DNA of 12,887 nucleotides from Nanobdellota archaeon (GTDB taxonomy: Archaea > Aenigmatarchaeota > Aenigmatarchaeia > QMZP01), in contig JBDRJQ010000002.1 of NCBI GenBank assembly GCA_043814765.1, positions 1-12,887 on the forward strand, read 5' to 3'. Below are positions 8,247 to 12,887 of this stretch, piece after piece. The notes beneath the pieces are model-generated. The model worked only from the letters and a program-made list of their open reading frames with translations, searched no databases and was not told where the DNA came from. The position numbers and the translations under genes are program-made. Position 1 is the first letter of the stretch, and the number at the start of each line of letters is the position of its first letter.

Positions 8247-9337
8247 TTTTTTCTCCTTTGATAAGTTAAGCTATCCTTTAGAATATAAGGATACAGCCAA
8301 GGATTAAATTGAATATTTCCATTCTGAAAACAAGAATGCGTACAGTAACAACTCTTTACTTTGATTGAAGACCGCTGAGATTTAGCAAGATCAGAATACC
8401 ATATCCTTAAAAAACTCTCAGCTTCCCTAAGATTGCCGACTTTCGGAAGCAATTCACAAAAATAAACATTTGCCTGAGCATCGACAACACAATGTACTTT
8501 GCCAGCATAACAGGGAATTAGCTGTTTCTTCTCTTCCATAATTCTAAGATACAGATCATATTGATAACTCCTTAACCCGTTAACCAGCTTAGATTTTAAC
8601 ATAGAATTCCTAAAATACTTATAAAAATCAAAAGTTTCAGAAATAACTTTCTTAGCATCCCTAAGCTTATCAACTGAAGGGCATTTCAATTCCGGATCCT
8701 TAGGTTTACCGCGCATAAACTCAAAATTATGAGACTCTATCAAAGGCATATTCTTTTTAACATAACCAATTAGTTCAGACAGCTCCCCGATATTTTTGTT
8801 TGTAATTGTAGTGTTCACCCTAATAACCAAATTGCCAAACTCTTTTTTCAAATCACGAAGCAAACTATAAGTCTCAAAAACCTTATCAAAACTTCCCTTA
8901 ACACCCCTAATATAATCATGGGTCTTCTCCAAGCCATCTAAAGACAAATTTATAGAGACAATACCCTTGCCGTTTGAAATAGCCAGTATATCTCTCGTTT
9001 TCTCTAAAATTTTCTTAGGTAAAAGACAACTGGTAGGTATAGAAAAGGAAGACATATGTTTGCAATTTTTGTAAAACCTCAGATATATCTGACTGATATC
9101 CTCTCTTAAAAATGGTTCTCCCCCTGAAATAGCCAATGTTTCTAAATTCGGAAGCTGCCTAGCCAAAGAGTCTATCTCACTAAGAGAAAGTTCATCTTTT
9201 GCAGGATTCAAAGTCTTCCAGTTAAAGCAATGCTTACATTTAGAATTACACCTGTCTGTAACAAATAATATCAAAAAGCTAGGAGTATTAAGATGATTCT
9301 TAATGACAGCAGTCCTTAGATAACTTAGCATTAACAT
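8243..9337 (-). CDS. Radical SAM protein with C-terminal SPASM/twitch-type Fe-S domain, ~362-364 aa
   Basis: FVTDRCNSKCKHC (CxxxCxxC 9227-9250), ISGGEPFLR, SLDG..HDYIRGV.GSF and a C-terminal CYAG...C...YFCE...CYCTHSC. Start is ATG9337 or ATG9331. Confidence 0.92.
   Translation of the reverse strand: MLMLSYLRTAVIKNHLNTPSFLILFVTDRCNSKCKHCFNWKTLNPAKDELSLSEIDSLARQLPNLETLAISGGEPFLREDISQIYLRFYKNCKHMSSFSIPTSCLLPKKILEKTRDILAISNGKGIVSINLSLDGLEKTHDYIRGVKGSFDKVFETYSLLRDLKKEFGNLVIRVNTTITNKNIGELSELIGYVKKNMPLIESHNFEFMRGKPKDPELKCPSVDKLRDAKKVISETFDFYKYFRNSMLKSKLVNGLRSYQYDLYLRIMEEKKQLIPCYAGKVHCVVDAQANVYFCELLPKVGNLREAESFLRIWYSDLAKSQRSSIKVKSCYCTHSCFQNGNIQFNPWLYPYILKDSLTYQRRKK
8253..8257 (-). promoter_or_regulatory. 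Shine-Dalgarno AGGAG for GT4
   Basis: Minus-strand AGGAG lies 6 nt upstream of ATG8246. Confidence 0.55.
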
Positions 9338-9354
9338 GACTAAAAATAACCCAA

Positions 9355-9404
9355 ATTATAAAGTTTGTGCATTTAAAGATAACTGATGCAAAACTTTTAA
9401 ATAG
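9355..9404. promoter_or_regulatory. Divergent back-to-back BRE/TATA promoters forming an imperfect inverted repeat
   Basis: + strand ATGCAAAACTTTTAAATA (9386-9403) lies ~30 nt before ATG9433. - strand ATGCACAAACTTTATAAT (9372-9355) has its TATA ~20-30 nt before ATG9337/9331. Confidence 0.6.
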
Positions 9405-9432
9405 TGCTGAAAAAACTTCAAGAAATAATAAA

Positions 9433-10854
9433 ATGAGAATCCTATTTATAATCCCAAACCTAAGCGGAGACTTCCAAAAAGCCATGCATCCCCACATAGG
9501 AGTCGGGTACATGGTAGCAATGCTGAAGAAACACAACCATAATTCTGAGGCAATAGACTTACGCATAGAAAGCAAACTGAAAAGCCTAGATAAAAAAGTC
9601 CGCTTCTTCAATCCAGAGATTATAGGCACAACATTTATGACAAGAGATTATAAAAAAGCCTACAAATTTGTAAACTTCCTAAAACAAAGATACAAAAGAA
9701 AGATAATTATTGGGGGGCCACACCCATCCTTATTTCAAGAAGAAACACTAAAAGGATGCAATGCAGACTATGCTATCGTCGGAGAAGGAGAATACGCAAT
9801 TCTCGCATTAGCAAACAAAGAGCCTCCTAAAAAAATAAAAAACCTCATCTGGAAAGATGGAGAAAAAATCATAAAAAACAAGACAGAAGTCATAGACAAC
9901 TTAGATGCTCTCCCTTTCCCAGCCTACGATAAAAACTCTCTAAAAAAATACGTTGACAAAAAGATTCCGCTAGTAACCTCAAGAGGATGCCCATTCAGCT
10001 GCGTATACTGTTCGATAAAAAATGTGATGGGTAAAAAATGGCGTCCTAGAAGTGCAGAAAACATAATTGAAGAAATAGAAAACTGGAAAGCAAACGGGTA
10101 TAACTTTTTTCACATAGCTGATGACAACTTTGCATTAGACCGTGAAAGGGTTAAAAAAGTATGCAACCTGCTTATTGGAAAAAAACTCAATATAAATTGG
10201 GATCTAAGAAATGGTATCCGAGCGGATACCGTAGATGAAGAACTATTAAGGCTAATGAAAAAAGCCGGCTGTGAATATGTCTCATACGGAATTGAATCAG
10301 TAGATCAAGAGGTACTTGATGCCAGCAAAAAAGGCCTAAAAGTTGAAACCATAGAAAAAGCAGTATATGCAAGTTTGAAAGTCGGCATCAGAACAGGAGC
10401 ATCATTCATAATTGGGTTACCAAAAGACAATTTCACTAAATTCAACAAATTACTAAGGTTCATCAATAAATACAATTTTGAAGAAGCCTTAATCTACAAC
10501 TGCGTACCGTATCCAAAAACAGAACTAGAAATTTGGATTAAGAAAAACGGTAGATACCTCAGTAGCCCAGAAGAATACCTGAATTATGCATCATACTGGC
10601 AGAATAAAGTCTTATTTGAAACCCCAGAATTCAGTGCAGCGGAAAGGACAAAAGCCTTCCAAATTGCTGAAACGGTAGTCTGGAAAAAGCTACTCAGAAA
10701 AGAATTAGGGTACCTGTTATCCACAATAGCATACCCTTTCTGGATAAATCCCACACTACGAAAAGCCTTCATAAAACCCGGACTAGCGCTATGGGTAGTG
10801 CTAAGAAAAATAAGGGGCAAGAAAAAGTATTACACACAAAATGGTCAAGCCTAA
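9433..10854 (+). CDS. Cobalamin-binding-domain radical SAM protein (class B type), ~473 aa
   Basis: MRILFIIP start (ATG9433 preferred over GTG9367, which lies within the promoter region), PHIGVGYM, IIIGGPHPS, VGEGE, LPFPAY, TSRGCPFSCVYC (Cys 9988-10011), ADDNF, GIES, FIIGLP and PYPKT. Confidence 0.92.
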   Translation: MRILFIIPNLSGDFQKAMHPHIGVGYMVAMLKKHNHNSEAIDLRIESKLKSLDKKVRFFNPEIIGTTFMTRDYKKAYKFVNFLKQRYKRKIIIGGPHPSLFQEETLKGCNADYAIVGEGEYAILALANKEPPKKIKNLIWKDGEKIIKNKTEVIDNLDALPFPAYDKNSLKKYVDKKIPLVTSRGCPFSCVYCSIKNVMGKKWRPRSAENIIEEIENWKANGYNFFHIADDNFALDRERVKKVCNLLIGKKLNINWDLRNGIRADTVDEELLRLMKKAGCEYVSYGIESVDQEVLDASKKGLKVETIEKAVYASLKVGIRTGASFIIGLPKDNFTKFNKLLRFINKYNFEEALIYNCVPYPKTELEIWIKKNGRYLSSPEEYLNYASYWQNKVLFETPEFSAAERTKAFQIAETVVWKKLLRKELGYLLSTIAYPFWINPTLRKAFIKPGLALWVVLRKIRGKKKYYTQNGQA

Positions 10855-12346
10855 AATTGATAAAGTTCTCCTATTGTTAACAAGCTGTCTTGCTGTTTAT
10901 TTTGCTATTAGGATTATTGACTTTTCAAAAATAATAAGCTACTTCCCAGTACATGTCACTGGAGACATTCCTTCTTATATGGCCCAATTATTTTTTTTAT
11001 CAGAATACGGCTTTCATCAGATTGTACCTTACTGGTTTAATGGAATGGTACTATTTTTAAGATATCCCCCAGGATGGTACTATTTCACACTTCCGATATA
11101 CCAATTAACTAAAAGTATCACATTAGCGACCTATATCTCAATAACAACAATTTTTTTACTAATCTTTATAGCTTTATACCAATTCGGAAAAGTCGAAAAA
11201 ATCTCTAAAGTAAAAAGAGTTGCATTTTTCTTCTTCATGTTCGGAAATGGAATCGCAGTAGGCAACTTCTTAAGATTAGGCAGAGTCACAGAGCTGTTCG
11301 GTTGGCTATGGTTTATTACAACTATGGCAATAATTCTATATTACAAAGACCATAGGGTGAACTTAAAGTTTTTTTGGATTATTCCCGCATATGCCATGAT
11401 AATCCTCAGTCATCCCCCATTAACTATATTTTTTAATATTTTATGTTTTTTCCCAATGCTGTTCTTAATAAAAAAAAGCATTTATGAAAAGATAATAGTT
11501 GTCCTATCAATGGTAGCTGGGCTTATAGCCTCAGCATTTTGGTGGGTTCCCTTTGTTCTAGACAATTTGAAAAATAATGTCCTTTCGAATAACCCTCTTG
11601 GTAAAAAAATGCTTGGATTAGAAGATCAGCCCCTGTTAAATTTTATTTTAAACAATATTGCCACATCTTCAATATGCATACTGCTGTGGGCATCATTCTA
11701 TGTCTACTGGCAACATAAAAACAAATCAAAAAGAGAACTCCTCTTTTTTTCACCTTTACTAATCTTAAGTTTACTATTCTTCCTAAGGATAAGCTTATTA
11801 CTACCTCTAGCAAACATAGTTTATTCAGACATTTATGCAATGGGGTTCCTGTTCTTCAGCTTATATTTCTTATTCAAAACCCCTTTAAGAAAAAGAGTTA
11901 AAATAATATTCTTAGTAATACTAACCCTATTCGTGATAGGAAATGTAGGTATATCCATCTTACATACCCCTTGGTTCCCTACATACACCCAAGTAGAATA
12001 CAACACATTTTCATTACTACAGTTGATACAAGGAAAATTCCTTATGATAAACAGCCCTTACCCAACCTCATATCCACATGCCTACTATTGCTATGCTTCG
12101 GTTTACTACAAAGTATCAACACCCTTCGGAATGGGAACAGAAGGGTTTTTCCCCTCTTACCTAAAGCCCATACAAGAAATTACCCAGTCCATAAACTCTA
12201 AAAATTGCGAAAACACAACAGAACTAGCCGAAAAAATAGAACTAACAGAAATAATTACCTATGATGACTCCTGCGACTTACTAAAAAACTGCGGATTCGA
12301 AGAGATAAAAACAAACAAACCTGCATGCCTGTACAAAATACGATGA
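10841..12346 (+). CDS. Polytopic membrane protein, PTPS-related/YfhO-like; probable GT-C-fold glycosyltransferase, 501 aa
   Basis: One N-terminal TM, then a loop with GD and W(F)NG..LF.RYPP, about 10 further hydrophobic segments including SAFWWVPF, and a short Cys-containing soluble C-terminus. Overlaps the upstream gene by 14 nt. Confidence 0.65.
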   Translation: MVKPKIDKVLLLLTSCLAVYFAIRIIDFSKIISYFPVHVTGDIPSYMAQLFFLSEYGFHQIVPYWFNGMVLFLRYPPGWYYFTLPIYQLTKSITLATYISITTIFLLIFIALYQFGKVEKISKVKRVAFFFFMFGNGIAVGNFLRLGRVTELFGWLWFITTMAIILYYKDHRVNLKFFWIIPAYAMIILSHPPLTIFFNILCFFPMLFLIKKSIYEKIIVVLSMVAGLIASAFWWVPFVLDNLKNNVLSNNPLGKKMLGLEDQPLLNFILNNIATSSICILLWASFYVYWQHKNKSKRELLFFSPLLILSLLFFLRISLLLPLANIVYSDIYAMGFLFFSLYFLFKTPLRKRVKIIFLVILTLFVIGNVGISILHTPWFPTYTQVEYNTFSLLQLIQGKFLMINSPYPTSYPHAYYCYASVYYKVSTPFGMGTEGFFPSYLKPIQEITQSINSKNCENTTELAEKIELTEIITYDDSCDLLKNCGFEEIKTNKPACLYKIR

Positions 12347-12887
12347 AAACACCTAGCTTCCTAAAAGATAATGTGCTACTCATAGTTGCAACCCTCTTTT
12401 TATCAACTTGTGGATACATATTCCACTTTATAGCAGGAAGAGAATTGGGACCTGCTGACTACGGGCTGGTTATGAGTTTACTTTCAATTATCTATATCGT
12501 GAATATTTTCCTACAGGCATTACAATCGATAATAGCCACAAAGATATCAGAAGCAAAAACACAAAAAGATAATTTAAAACTTATTGGGTTGCTGAAATTA
12601 TTTTTATACAAAAACATTTTATGGGCAGTATTTTTCTCATTAATATTTATAGCAATAACACCATTCTTAGCATGGTTGCTAAATACGACAAACTATTCAG
12701 TGATACTCATCTTGATTATCCTTATTTTTGGTGCATTCATGCTACCGATTGTGAGGGGGTATTTCCAAGGAGAACAGAAATTCGGGCAACTGAGCATAAC
12801 CTATATAACCGAAGCAATAGCTAAACTTGGATCATTAGTCTTATTACTTACGCTATACAAAGGAGTTGTAAGTGCAATGTTAAGCTT
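12343..12887 (+). CDS. Oligosaccharide flippase (Wzx/AglR-like, MOP superfamily), 3'-truncated
   Basis: Absent from the ORF track because it has no stop in the window. ATGA overlap at 12343-12346. My translation MKTPSFLKDNVLLIVATLFLSTCGYIFHFIAGRELGPADYGLV...RGYFQGEQKF...EAIAKL shows the flippase hallmarks R.LGP..YG and RG.FQG...F. Confidence 0.88.
   Translation, partial: MKTPSFLKDNVLLIVATLFLSTCGYIFHFIAGRELGPADYGLVMSLLSIIYIVNIFLQALQSIIATKISEAKTQKDNLKLIGLLKLFLYKNILWAVFFSLIFIAITPFLAWLLNTTNYSVILILIILIFGAFMLPIVRGYFQGEQKFGQLSITYITEAIAKLGSLVLLLTLYKGVVSAMLS

Noticed and set aside
7191..9412. Possible invertible segment: TTTCAGCTTAAAAG (7191-7204) vs CTTTTAA-atagt-GCTGAAA (9394-9412)
   Set aside because: Only two 7-bp AT-rich matches split by a 5-nt gap, and no recombinase in the window. 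The minus-strand genes' codon skew fits long residence in the present orientation.
9367..9432. Longer N-terminus from GTG9367 (and TTG3266 for GT2)
   Set aside because: GTG9367 lies upstream of the putative TATA box, and ATG9433 gives a family-typical MRILFI start. ATG3275 follows the aglB stop directly.
9300..9629. 109-aa minus-strand ORF spanning the divergent promoter
   Set aside because: It overlaps both flanking rSAM genes and both TATA elements, with no protein features.
4240..10854. Assigning rSAMs as bchE, hpnJ/hpnP, grsA/B, miaB or as RiPP maturases
   Set aside because: No photosynthesis, hopanoid or tetraether context, no TRAM/UPF0004 architecture, and no precursor peptide. Orthology cannot be shown without a search, so symbols are withheld.
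5775..10998. Homopolymer runs (C7 5775-5781, A8 6120-6127, T8 10991-10998) as phase-variation tracts
   Set aside because: Short, expected at this composition, and all ORFs are in frame.
12621..12824. 67-aa ORF in the track
   Set aside because: Out-of-frame shadow within the flippase gene that starts at 12343.

Overview
Archaeal surface-glycosylation locus, probably from a DPANN lineage such as Pace-/Woesearchaeota (inferred from AglB style and BRE/TATA promoters, not proven). Order: 5'-truncated SpoIIM/DUF95 membrane protein (+); oligosaccharyltransferase AglB/STT3 (+); GT2 glycosyltransferase (+); two cobalamin-binding (class B-type) radical SAM genes (+); an oppositely oriented pair, SPASM/twitch radical SAM and GT4 glycosyltransferase (-); a ~95-bp divergent promoter with dyad symmetry; a third B12-binding radical SAM gene (+); a PTPS-related/GT-C-like membrane protein (+); and a 3'-truncated Wzx/MOP-type flippase (+) missing from the ORF track. 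The main observation is four different radical SAM genes tightly coupled to N-glycosylation genes, one with a non-canonical Cx4Cx4Cx2C cluster motif. This suggests a possibly undescribed radical/B12-dependent glycan- or glycolipid-tailoring pathway. There is also extreme strand-specific A/C third-codon-position bias that fades in the last two genes. I saw no RNA genes, mobile elements or CRISPR arrays.
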